Of a stretch of 20,000 bases of DNA, positions 8,492 through 18,179 are shown piece by piece (within the stretch, counting starts at the first letter, position 1; each line of letters starts with the position of its first letter). The DNA lies in the IMG/VR virus record IMGVR_UViG_2802429268_000001, one strand, 5' to 3'. The position numbers were made by a program, and so were the translations under genes. Under the pieces are notes generated by a model that worked only from the letters and a program-made list of their open reading frames with translations, did no database searches and was not told where the DNA came from. Source of the stretch: an uncultured virus (IMG/VR IMGVR_UViG_2802429268_000001). Its lineage: Duplodnaviria; Heunggongvirae; Uroviricota; Caudoviricetes.

Positions 8492-8816
8492 CGACCGAAA
8501 GCGAAACCCAGCGCAGCCTCGGCCGCCTCGAGGGCAAGCTCGACATGATCCTGGCCGATCAGGAACAAGCCCGGTTTGCCCGTCAACATCAAATGGAAAA
8601 GTCGGAAGCGATCGAGCGCCGGCTGGATGCGACCGATCAAAAGCTCTCGTCGGTCACCGACCGCTTCAATGAAGCTGCGCCGATCATCTCGGATATCAAG
8701 CGGTGGAAGGAACGGTTCATTGGGGCGCAGATGCTCATTGCCGGCGTCTTCGTCGCCATTGGCGGGGGATTGCCCTGCTGTGGAAATGGCTGGCCGTGAA
8801 GGTCGGGATGCAGTGA
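8488..8816 (+). pseudogene. Coiled-coil + C-terminal TM phage protein (DUF1515-like) with an apparent 1-nt deletion in the G run 8764-8768
   Basis: ATGA coupling, MTTESETQRSLGRLEGKLDMIL... Adding one G gives ...AIGGGIALLWKWLAVKVGMQ*, completing the TM helix. Confidence 0.65.
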
Positions 8817-8845
8817 CGGCGGCGAGTGAAACAACCCGCCGCCGT
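8816..8845. terminator. GC-rich hairpin after the last phage gene
   Basis: ACGGCGGCG-N12-CGCCGCCGT inverted repeat, no U tract. Confidence 0.35.
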
Positions 8846-8904
8846 TAGAGACACGCCTATTGCCTCAGTGACACGGCTATATTGATTCTATTCACAGTTC
8901 TCGA

Positions 8905-8951
8905 AGCCTTCCAAGCTGAATACGCGGGTTCGATTCCCGCTACCCGCTCCA
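8905..8951 (+). repeat. attR core: 47-bp 3' fragment of tRNA-Gly(TCC)
   Basis: AGC-CTTCCAA-GCT anticodon loop, T arm GCGGG-TTCGATT-CCCGC, TACCCGC-T-CCA end. No 5' acceptor strand (GCGGGTA) or D arm upstream. Confidence 0.9.
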
Positions 8952-9127
8952 AACCTCCATTGCACCGTTCCGCAGTCTTTATATGAGACTTTAGGGAATT
9001 GCCGCATATGCCTGATTGTGTTGACTTTCATGGCTTTGGGCGATCTATGGGCCGGCGTTTGGCGAATCTTCGTGACAAACTTACGAAGTGGGGTCAGGCT
9101 GTACCGTCAAGCGGACGCAATTAAGTC

Positions 9128-9156
9128 TTGCGCAAAGGCCGCGAAACCCTTAAACG
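9128..9156 (+). promoter_or_regulatory. Possible sigma70 promoter of tuf
   Basis: TTGCGC-N17-TAAACG about 60 nt upstream of the ATG. Confidence 0.3.
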
Positions 9157-9216
9157 GCTCGACAAACCGGCCCAGCCGGCTGATCCATCGTATTTTTGAC
9201 CACAGGAAGCGTACCC

Positions 9217-10392
<1,176 letters not shown>

Positions 10393-10414
10393 TTTCGGCC
10401 ACAACCGGATTTCG

Positions 10415-10442
10415 AGACCCCGCGGGCGACTGCGGGGTTTTT
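10415..10442 (+). terminator. Intrinsic terminator of tuf
   Basis: ACCCCGCGG-GCGA-CTGCGGGGT stem (one G-U pair, GNRA loop) followed by a T run. Confidence 0.85.
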
Positions 10443-10628
10443 CTATGTGCGGTCGACAGCGTCGGGCATCTGTCAAGTCGGACAGCGCTGTGTGATGTCT
10501 GCAACAGTGTGAACAGGGTTCTGCCCGTCGCCGCCAAGTATCTAAGGTCTTTGCCGCCAGGCTGTGCTATTCTCCGATCCCGATGAATGTCCGCGTGGCA
10601 CGGTTACGGCCGAGGATCGGAATCCCCA

Positions 10629-11290
10629 ATGAGAAGACGTATCGCGGCGCGGTTCACCGCTGCCGGCATCGCTCTGATTTGCGTGGGCCCTTTCGCGCCG
10701 GCATTGGCGGGTGAAAGCGGCCCGCTTGTCTGGGCCCCCTCCAGGACCGGCTCCAATGCCTATAGGCTCCGGTTCGGCCTCCGCTCACCGGGCCTATGGG
10801 AGACTGCGGGCGGCGCCGAGATGTCGATGAAGGCGGCTCCCTCCGGCAAGATCGTCCCGCCGGAGGCGCCGGTTCGCCTCTGGGGCACGGTCTCGCGCAG
10901 GAGCGTCCCGCGGGCGGCCCAACGCTCTTCTCGGATCAGTATGGCGTTCGATCCGGTGACCGGCGCCGGCAATATCGGTGCAGGTTCCGCAAGGACGTGG
11001 ATCCTTACCCCGATGCTCGATGTGGAGGTCCAGCGGAACATCGCCGTTCAGTGCAATGTCTATGAAAAGCACTGCGATCGCCCCAGGTTGACGCAATCCG
11101 CGAGGCTCGCCTCCACCGCAGCGAGGACCTCGATTGCGGTGCAGAGCAGGCTATCGGGTGAAGGCTTCAGCGGTCTCGACCGCATTCGCGTCGAAAAGGG
11201 GTCGGCAATCTCGAACTCGGCGCCGCTGTCGTCGACCCGTTGCTGGCACCGCGTAGTCTGTTCACCCTGCGCTACAGTTGGAAGTGGTAA
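10629..11290 (+). pseudogene. Exported, possibly outer-membrane, protein with an apparent 1-nt deletion at 11193-11201
   Basis: Signal peptide (MRRRIAARF...APALA-G). Shifting frame at GAAAAGGGG gives VGNLELGAAVVDPLLAPRSLFTLRYSWKW*, a beta-signal-like end, and removes the overlap with the next gene. Confidence 0.6.
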
Positions 11291-11367
11291 GCTGCGAGCA
11301 TGCATCTTGCATCTTGCGCAACGAGGTGAAGCAACTAACCTGTTTGTGTCTTTTCAAGGGGGGCGTC

Positions 11368-12267
11368 ATGAAAAAGCGTATTCTGTTCACCGGCGGCGCC
11401 GGCAAGGCCGGGCGGCATGCGGTGCCCTATCTCGTCGAGGCGGGCTATGAAGTGCACAATGTCGATCTCGTGCCGCTCGACAGTCCCGGCGTCACCAATC
11501 TGATCGCCGACATCACCGACGGCGGCCAGATGTTCAACGCGCTTTCCATGCATCGCGATTTTCCCGATCTCGATCCGGGGCGGGGGCCGCAAGGCTTCGA
11601 CGCCGTCGTTCACTTCGCCGCCGTTCCGCGAATTCTCATCAAGCCGGACAATGAGACCTTCCGGGTCAATGTAATGGGAACCTATAATGTGATCGAAGCG
11701 GCGGTGAAGCTCGGGATCCGCAAGATCATCATTGCCTCCAGCGAAACAACCTACGGCGTTTGCTTCGCCGAGGGCCACCGGGACTTCCATCACTTTCCGC
11801 TCGAGGAGGACTACGACGTCAATCCAATGGATTCCTACGGGCTTTCCAAGGTGGTGAACGAGCAGACGGCACGGGCTTTCGCGGAGCGTTCCGGATTCGA
11901 TATCTATGCCTTGCGCATCGGTAATGTGATCGAGCCGCACGAATACGAGCACTTCCCGCACTATTTCGCGCATCCGGACATCCGCAAGCGGATTGCATGG
12001 AGTTATATTGACGCGCGCGATCTTGGCCAGATCGTCAAGCTCTGCATCGAAAAAGACGGGCTCGGCTTTGCAATCTTTAACGCCGCGAATGACACCGTCT
12101 CTGCCGATACGCCGTCTCGCGAGCTTGCCAAGCGCTTCTACCCGAATGTTCCGTTCAAGCGGGAGATCGGCGAGTTCGAGGGACTTCTTTCGAATCGTAA
12201 GATTCGCGAGGTGCTCGGCTTTGAGGAACAGCATGACTGGCGAAAATACGTGCGCGTCGACCGCTGA
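11368..12267 (+). CDS. NAD(P)-dependent epimerase/dehydratase (extended SDR, 299 aa)
   Basis: ILFTGGAGKAG Rossmann motif, VVHFAA, ASS, catalytic YGLSK, AAGGGGGG RBS. Confidence 0.92.
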   Translation: MKKRILFTGGAGKAGRHAVPYLVEAGYEVHNVDLVPLDSPGVTNLIADITDGGQMFNALSMHRDFPDLDPGRGPQGFDAVVHFAAVPRILIKPDNETFRVNVMGTYNVIEAAVKLGIRKIIIASSETTYGVCFAEGHRDFHHFPLEEDYDVNPMDSYGLSKVVNEQTARAFAERSGFDIYALRIGNVIEPHEYEHFPHYFAHPDIRKRIAWSYIDARDLGQIVKLCIEKDGLGFAIFNAANDTVSADTPSRELAKRFYPNVPFKREIGEFEGLLSNRKIREVLGFEEQHDWRKYVRVDR

Positions 12268-12390
12268 GCTGGTTCATTCAAGTCGCAAGGAAAGGCGCGG
12301 TGCCGGCGGGGCGCGAGCACCCTCGCGAGAGAGAGGCGGGGAGCGGCGCGGAAATTTTCCCGGATTTTTCCGCTTTTGTTGCAAATGCGC

Positions 12391-12419
12391 TTGAAAGCGC
12401 CCGTCAAACTGAATATGAA
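12391..12419 (+). promoter_or_regulatory. Possible sigma70 promoter of tRNA-Trp
   Basis: TTGAAA-N17-TATGAA followed by a GC-rich discriminator, with an AT-rich element upstream. Confidence 0.4.
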
Positions 12420-12469
12420 GCCGCTGACTTGAGGCGCTTCCCGCGGTATTTGGATGGCGCCACGATCAT

Positions 12470-12545
<76 letters not shown>

Positions 12546-12598
12546 TTTCTTTCAAGCACTTGGCATAGACAAGCCGCGGAAACGGGCTCTCCAGCGCA

Positions 12599-12624
12599 AT
12601 CTGGACAACGGATTTGGACAACGG
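12599..12624 (+). repeat. Tandem 13-bp direct repeat, putative integrase arm-type sites
   Basis: ATCTGGACAACGG-ATTTGGACAACGG, 53 nt after the tRNA end. Confidence 0.55.
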
Positions 12625-12641
12625 GGGCGGCACCGGTCTCC

Positions 12642-12968
12642 TCAAGGCCGTTCCTCCGGGCTCGTTCCCGGACCCGTCGAAGCGGAACCCGCGTCGGTGC
12701 GGGCGGCGGTTGCGTTTCGCTCGGACTTCCTGAACCTGCGTGCCGCCAGGTGCTCCCACCGTGCCCGCGCCTGCTCCTTCCCGGACGGCAGCGCCAGAAT
12801 CCAGGCCCAGACGTCGCCACCCAGCCACCTCAGATCACCGCCGGGCAGCCGAAGGGCGCCGGGGAAGCGACCGTCGCCTTCGTAGCGCCAGAGGGTTGTG
12901 CGCGAAAGCCCGGTGATGAGCTCCACCTCCCTGCGCCTGAGCAGTCGCATCATCTCGTCCCATCCCAT
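12642..12968 (-). CDS. alpA: AlpA-family regulator/excisionase (108 aa)
   Basis: RLLRRREVELITGLSRTTLWRYEGDGRFP...RW...V.AWI signature, GGAGG RBS 7 nt before ATG 12968. Confidence 0.88.
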   Translation of the reverse strand: MGWDEMMRLLRRREVELITGLSRTTLWRYEGDGRFPGALRLPGGDLRWLGGDVWAWILALPSGKEQARARWEHLAARRFRKSERNATAARTDAGSASTGPGTSPEERP

Positions 12969-13235
12969 GGGTTGCCTCCAAAGCGCAAGCTGTAGCGTTC
13001 GCGTTCCGGCATCGGGAACGCGGCACTCAGTCGAATGATTTGACGGTTGAGGTGATCCTAGCACTAAAATTCCACGACGTAAAGCCTATCTGGATTTGTG
13101 TTCTACCGAAGCGCCGAATGAAGTCGAATGGGCGACCATAATTGTTGACATAAGGAAAAATCGTTCCGAAACGAATCCAGTGGCCCTGCGGCTCTGCGAA
13201 TGCGGGCGGACCGACGCCGATCACGGCAATAAAAG

Positions 13236-13264
13236 TTGACATTGGCCGCGCATGATCGTAATGC
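13236..13264 (+). promoter_or_regulatory. Candidate sigma70 promoter for the rightward island operon
   Basis: TTGACA-N17-TAATGC in an AT-rich divergent spacer. A second TTGACA lies at 13145. Confidence 0.45.
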
Positions 13265-13396
13265 TTACAGAGTGAGCATAATGTTTTGATTTAGGGACTC
13301 GTTGTTTGCGACGGGTGGACGTCGCTGTTTGGGCGCGAATCCTTCAGGGATTCGAGTACGCCATGGACGTCGGCGGCGACGGGAGGCGGTCTCGGC

Positions 13397-13804
13397 GTGA
13401 CGGCGCCGGATCCGGCGGACGGGGCGCCGAGACGTCCCAATCCTGAGGAGGTATCCGGAGAACGCGGAGCGACACGGCAATCGAAAGGACAGGATGTCGT
13501 CGAGATGATGCGCGCCCGTCGGCGCGAGCAGGATTCCTCTGACCAACCCGAGGTCATTCCGACCCCGCGGTTGCGACGCCGGGGCTCCCGCTTCGGCCGC
13601 CTCCGATACATCGGCAGGAACTCCGCCCTTGCGGGGAATGAACGTGAACTCGCGACGGTGCGAGACGTGAGCAGGAAAGCGCTTGAACTTTCATTGGATG
13701 GACAGCGAGACGGTAGAACGCCTTCTCGAAAGCATTCACAGCGCGAACGCGGGGGGGCTGGACCAAGCCGTCATCGCGGAAGCCCCCTTGCTGGAGTGCT
13801 ATAG
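13397..13804 (+). CDS. Possible hypothetical protein (doubtful)
   Basis: GGGAGG RBS before GTG, but Arg-rich, disordered and overlapping the next gene by 122 nt. Confidence 0.25.
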   Translation: MTAPDPADGAPRRPNPEEVSGERGATRQSKGQDVVEMMRARRREQDSSDQPEVIPTPRLRRRGSRFGRLRYIGRNSALAGNERELATVRDVSRKALELSLDGQRDGRTPSRKHSQRERGGAGPSRHRGSPLAGVL

Positions 13805-13982
13805 GACCGCTGTGGGGCACGCATTCGCCCTGACTGGCATCGTGCAGGGGCATCCCCGCATCGATGACGGACGCAGGGTCGTCACCAGCCAGCTTTTCTA
13901 CTTGGATCCGAACCTGGGCATCGCCCGGACGATGAACCGGTGGTATCGCCTCGGCGCCCGCGACAGAAGCTGGGGGCAATGA
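13683..13982 (+). CDS. Small protein, DUF6634-like (99 aa)
   Basis: APLLECY...LTGIVQGHPRIDDGRRVVTSQLFYLD...ARTMNRWYRLG, AGGA RBS, 1 nt from the ATPase start. Confidence 0.75.
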   Translation: MNFHWMDSETVERLLESIHSANAGGLDQAVIAEAPLLECYRTAVGHAFALTGIVQGHPRIDDGRRVVTSQLFYLDPNLGIARTMNRWYRLGARDRSWGQ

Positions 13983-13983
13983 G

Positions 13984-15840
13984 ATGAGGTTCGAGATTGA
14001 TCGCGCGCTCGCCCGAAAGCAATCCGGGGATCCCGGCATATTCCTCGCGTCCTGCACTCTCGTGCGCGCACTGCGGGCCGCCGGGCTGTTCCGGTCTGGT
14101 GCCACCGGATTTGTCATCTTCGTGGTCCCAAGGGGCTACCGCACGCAGGAATACGAAGCGGCAGCATTGAGCCTCCTGGGACCCGAGCGTGGTGATTGGC
14201 TGGACCAGCAGGTCAAAGTTCAGTTTGCCAATCCACCCAGGAAGAAGGGCGTCCCCCAAAAGCGCGTGTCCGTATTCGACCTCACGGGGCTGGAGGTGCT
14301 GATCGCCAGGGACATCGGCGAGCTCCCGAAAGACGTGCGCTTTGCAGCCACGGCGGTTATGCTGGTGGAGCGGCCAACGCCGGGACACATCAATGCCGTA
14401 CGCCGGCTCTCGGGGCGGACGCCATTCTCCCGGGAGGTGGCAACTCTACTGGCAGAAAAGCCGCAGAACGCCCTTCTCGCCGCGGTTCTTCAGCCGAACA
14501 TGGCTGAAGGCAGGATTGGCGAAGTCAACGATTTGAATCGCTGCGAAACCGGCGCGCCAAGCCTCTTCGAATTGCCGGGGTATGAGGAACTGAAGCCGTG
14601 GGCGAGAAGGCTCTCGTCTGACCTCGCCCGCTGGCGGAGCGGCGAGCTGCCCTGGAGACTTGTCAATCGGGGCGCCCTCATATCCGGCCCTCCCGGGACC
14701 GGCAAGTCCCTCTTCGCGTCGGCGCTGGCCAACGCGCTTGGTGTGAAGCTGATCTCGACCACGATAGGGAGCTGGCAGTCAGAAGGCCATCTCGATGACA
14801 CGCTCGCGGCGATGAGGAAGAGCTTCAGCGATGCCGATGACGGGGAGGGCTCGGTCCTGTTCATTGATGAATTCGATAGTATCGGAAGGAGATCCGCTCG
14901 TCCCACTCACCGCAATGACCACTATTGGCAGGTCGTCCTCAACGATTTTCTCTACCTGTTGAGCAACCTGGGCGATGGCGTGGTGGTGATCGGGGCCACA
15001 AATCTTCCCGAGTGGATCGATCCAGCTATCTTGCGCGCCGGGCGCCTCGAAAATCAGTTCGAGCTAGCTCTCCCAGACCACAAGTCGCGGGCCGGGATCT
15101 TAAAGCATCATGCTGGTGATGCCATATCGCTCGATTCCCTGTCCGATATCGCCGAGAACTTGGACGGCGCCTCGGGGGCTGACCTCGAGAAGCTGGTGCG
15201 CGATGCACGCGAGGCTGCGCGAAGCGAGGATCGAGAGCTGGAACTACGGGATCTCATCAACCGCCTCCCGGAGAAAATGCGATACACGGCGGAACAGCAG
15301 CTCAGGCTTGCGGTCCACGAAGCCGGACATGCCCTGGTCTCGCTCGCGCTGGGATATGCAACGAGCGTGACCATCGAGATCAAGGACAGCTTTGATCCGA
15401 CTGCAACAGAGTTTCTTGGGGGGCTGGCATCATACACCCTGGTTCCGGATCACTTTCCAACGGAAACGAGTCTGCGCAATCGCATCGCAGTGAGCTACGC
15501 CGGGATGGCGGCTGAGGCAGCGGTGTACGGCGATCGGTCAGTCGGCTCGGGTGGCACGGTTGGCAGCGATGTCGAACGGGCGACCTCAATTGCCCGGCGG
15601 ATGGTTGGAAGCTTTGGGCTCGGCAAGACGCCAATTTTTCTCGGCACTCCTAAAGACCTCGGAAACGGGCCGCTGCCCGAACGGCTGGAAGCGGAAGTGG
15701 CGCAAATGCTGTCGGAGGAGTGGGAGCGGGTGCTCGCGATGCTCACGGAGGGGCAGAAACGCATCCTTGACCTGGCGGCCGAAGTCGTCACCAATCGTTC
15801 GGTGAGGATCGAGCGCGATGGAATAGCGGAGGCCGCCTAG
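13984..15840 (+). CDS. Soluble FtsH-like AAA+ ATPase fused to an M41-type zinc peptidase (618 aa)
   Basis: Walker A GPPGTGKS, Walker B LFIDEFD, SRH GATNLPEWIDPAILRAGRLE, HEAGH, AGMAAE, GSD. No TM pair. Confidence 0.9.
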   Translation: MRFEIDRALARKQSGDPGIFLASCTLVRALRAAGLFRSGATGFVIFVVPRGYRTQEYEAAALSLLGPERGDWLDQQVKVQFANPPRKKGVPQKRVSVFDLTGLEVLIARDIGELPKDVRFAATAVMLVERPTPGHINAVRRLSGRTPFSREVATLLAEKPQNALLAAVLQPNMAEGRIGEVNDLNRCETGAPSLFELPGYEELKPWARRLSSDLARWRSGELPWRLVNRGALISGPPGTGKSLFASALANALGVKLISTTIGSWQSEGHLDDTLAAMRKSFSDADDGEGSVLFIDEFDSIGRRSARPTHRNDHYWQVVLNDFLYLLSNLGDGVVVIGATNLPEWIDPAILRAGRLENQFELALPDHKSRAGILKHHAGDAISLDSLSDIAENLDGASGADLEKLVRDAREAARSEDRELELRDLINRLPEKMRYTAEQQLRLAVHEAGHALVSLALGYATSVTIEIKDSFDPTATEFLGGLASYTLVPDHFPTETSLRNRIAVSYAGMAAEAAVYGDRSVGSGGTVGSDVERATSIARRMVGSFGLGKTPIFLGTPKDLGNGPLPERLEAEVAQMLSEEWERVLAMLTEGQKRILDLAAEVVTNRSVRIERDGIAEAA

Positions 15841-16764
15841 CGGCATCCGGGCGATGCCATCCGTTCGCTAGCGGCACCGCCATTGCAGCGGCAGGGCATT
15901 CAGCCGGCCGCTGGTGGAGGGCGTATGCACACTCGTTGCTGAGATAGTGAACGGTTGGCGGCTGCTGCGAAATCGGAGTCAGGCATGTCACACGGCGGAA
16001 AGGACGATGCAGGCAAGGCCGGCGACGCCGGCCGGATCGGCGAAGAGGCAGACCACGACGAAACGCTCGGCGAAGCTTTGTCAAGAGAGGGATTCGAGCC
16101 GGCCAAAGTCGGTCGCAAAGTCATGTCGCAAGGGAGACGCAGAGAGCCTTTGAAGAAGGGGCCTCCCAAAGGCTCCAGCAGGTAGACGTTTCCGGAATGT
16201 GACCGATATGCGCGCTCCTTCTCCCCCCCCGACTTCCACTACCGAAGCTTGATCCATCGGCAGTCTTCCTTCCTCGAGGCACGTGCGGCTCTATTAACCG
16301 CATACCGTCATCCCGTCCGCCAGGGTGGGCGCATGGGCTGCGCCATCGGCGAACCCGCCGCCGAGCGCAGGCTCCGGCACTGATTGTTCAAGACCCGGAA
16401 ATACTGGCCGGCGCGATTTCGAAACGTGGGATCGGATCATTGTGCTGCTGGATGCTCAGGTGCGAGGGATAGCAGAAGCGCTCCCATCGCCGCCCGTGGA
16501 TATGAAATGCGTTTGGGGGTTGCCTCGATGCGATCGTCTATGCCCTGGGGCGGCGCTTGCGTCCTCGATGGCTTGGCGAAGGCGGATGGGATCAGGTTTC
16601 GGCAATATGGGTGGGCAACGGGATTGCGTAGGGCGTCTCGTAAAATAATAAGTAATCAATCTTCGATGCGATGAAGAGCTTGGCCTATCATAGGGTCCTG
16701 TGACCTGCGCTCTCCGCCGTAGAAGGCAACTGGACGGCCTATCTTTCGTATTCTAGGAGCTGTT

Positions 16765-16998
16765 ATGGACGCGCAAGCACTCATCGAATTCAGGAAGAAC
16801 ATCGACTTCATGGAGATCATGTTTCGGATGTCATGCGCTTCGACGCGCTTGGCGTTTGGGGCGGGCCTTGAGCAGCTTTCAGTTCTCAACCACGGCAATA
16901 ACGATGCCGACGTTGAGGAAGGCCGCCGACGCTTGCGCGCCGCCATTACCTCACAACTCGCCGAATTCGAGAAGCTATTGGAGCTCGTGGGCGAGTAG
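16765..16998 (+). CDS. Hypothetical helical protein (77 aa)
   Basis: AGGAG RBS, amphipathic helical pattern, protein-like composition. Confidence 0.55.
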   Translation: MDAQALIEFRKNIDFMEIMFRMSCASTRLAFGAGLEQLSVLNHGNNDADVEEGRRRLRAAITSQLAEFEKLLELVGE

Positions 16999-17095
16999 TC
17001 CTGGTCTTCGGTTTCACGTCTCTTGTTCGCCGATCCCGCCCGCTCTACGCTCGCCCGCACGCGCCGGATTCGGCAGACGAGGGCAGGGGCAATTT

Positions 17096-18010
17096 GTGAA
17101 GGGCATTTTCGACACCAAACGCGATTCTGGGTACGACGACGAGATCGCGTTTCGGTACCATTTTCCTAAACGTTACCGCCCGATCGCCGAGACACTGGTT
17201 GGCGACCGGGTCATCTATCGCGAGCCCCGTCGTAATGGCGGAAGACAGGCGTATGTCGCGACGGCTAAGGTAGTGCAGGTGAACGACGATCCCCTCCGAC
17301 TGGGGTTCGCATACGCTGCTATGGCCGAATACCAGGAGTTCGATGAACCCGTGCCATTCTTCCAGGGCGGCCGCTATTGGGAAACGGCACTGCTAGTGGT
17401 CGCAGATCCCAGCCGTGTCGGGGCCTTTCTTCAGGGAAAGTCCATTCGCACAATTCCGGAAAGCGACTTCGCAGCGATCGTCCGCGCCGGGCTGTCCGAG
17501 ACACTGGCGGCCGACAACGCCATTAGGCTCGAACTTGACCCTCGACACGTCGACGGCCCCACGCAGGAACTTCTCGACCTCCCGCTCGTGGACCAGGAGC
17601 GCCGCATCGAGCAGATCCTGACGAATCGCAAGATCCGAGAAGCAAGCTTTCGGCGAAAGGTCTGCGATGCCTACGATAGCCGCTGTGCAATCACTGGACT
17701 GCGGATCGTCAACGGTGGCGGCAAGTCCGAAGCCCAGGCCGCTCACATATGGTCTGTTGCCGACGGCGGTCCGGACGTCGTCCAGAATGGCATCGCACTT
17801 TCCGCCACGGTCCATTGGCTCTTCGACAGGCATCTGATCTCGCTGACGGACGATTACCGAATCCTCGTTTCGCATAACAAGGTGCCGTCGGAGCTGCGGA
17901 TGCTGTTCGCGAAGCAGATGGATCGGATACATCTGCCCGCGGATGAGCGGCTGTGGCCCCACCCGGCGTATTTGGCGCTGCATAGGGAGAAGTTCAGCGG
18001 GATCGTGTAG
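17096..18010 (+). CDS. HNH endonuclease with PUA/EVE-like N-terminal domain (304 aa, GTG start)
   Basis: FRRKVCDAYDSRCAITG, AAHIWSVADGGPDVVQNGIALSATVHWLFD (HNH_2-type), and N-terminal VGDRVIYRE...YVATAKV. Confidence 0.85.
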   Translation: MKGIFDTKRDSGYDDEIAFRYHFPKRYRPIAETLVGDRVIYREPRRNGGRQAYVATAKVVQVNDDPLRLGFAYAAMAEYQEFDEPVPFFQGGRYWETALLVVADPSRVGAFLQGKSIRTIPESDFAAIVRAGLSETLAADNAIRLELDPRHVDGPTQELLDLPLVDQERRIEQILTNRKIREASFRRKVCDAYDSRCAITGLRIVNGGGKSEAQAAHIWSVADGGPDVVQNGIALSATVHWLFDRHLISLTDDYRILVSHNKVPSELRMLFAKQMDRIHLPADERLWPHPAYLALHREKFSGIV

Positions 18011-18179
18011 GGCGCAAGTCGGCCCCCACCAGAGGACGGTTCTGAAAGCGAGCCTCCGCCACGACTCCCGAAGCGATTCTTTGATGTAGAAACACGTATA
18101 AATTTAGTCCGGTCACACTAAATGCCATCGCAGAATGCAGTTGGTCTTGATAGTGTACCGCGGGAATTTTGGGGGAATC

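Larger units (their letters stand above)
1..8951 (+). mobile_element. Right end of a prophage integrated in tRNA-Gly(TCC)
   Basis: Co-oriented tail/fibre genes, then holin, lysozyme and spanins, ending in a 3'-only copy of tRNA-Gly immediately before core tuf. Confidence 0.9.

Noticed and set aside
8878..8951. Intact tRNA-Gly gene
   Set aside because: 5' acceptor strand and D arm are missing and the anticodon stem pairs over only 3 bp, so it is an att remnant
10587..11450. 287-aa ORF as listed
   Set aside because: Tail overlaps the epimerase and looks non-coding; better explained by a frameshift near 11200
13984..15840. Housekeeping ftsH
   Set aside because: No TM segments, divergent pore loop, island context
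15837..16760. Short ORFs and CTAGCGGCA repeats after the protease (possible CRISPR, toxin-antitoxin or ncRNA)
   Set aside because: Only two short exact copies with no repeat-spacer periodicity; ORFs are low-complexity with no recognisable motifs
16856..17095. N-terminal extension of the HNH ORF (also listed upstream starts for tuf, desaturase, epimerase, alpA, o-spanin, MTase)
   Set aside because: Overlaps other genes or lacks an RBS; downstream starts fit the RBS and domain boundaries
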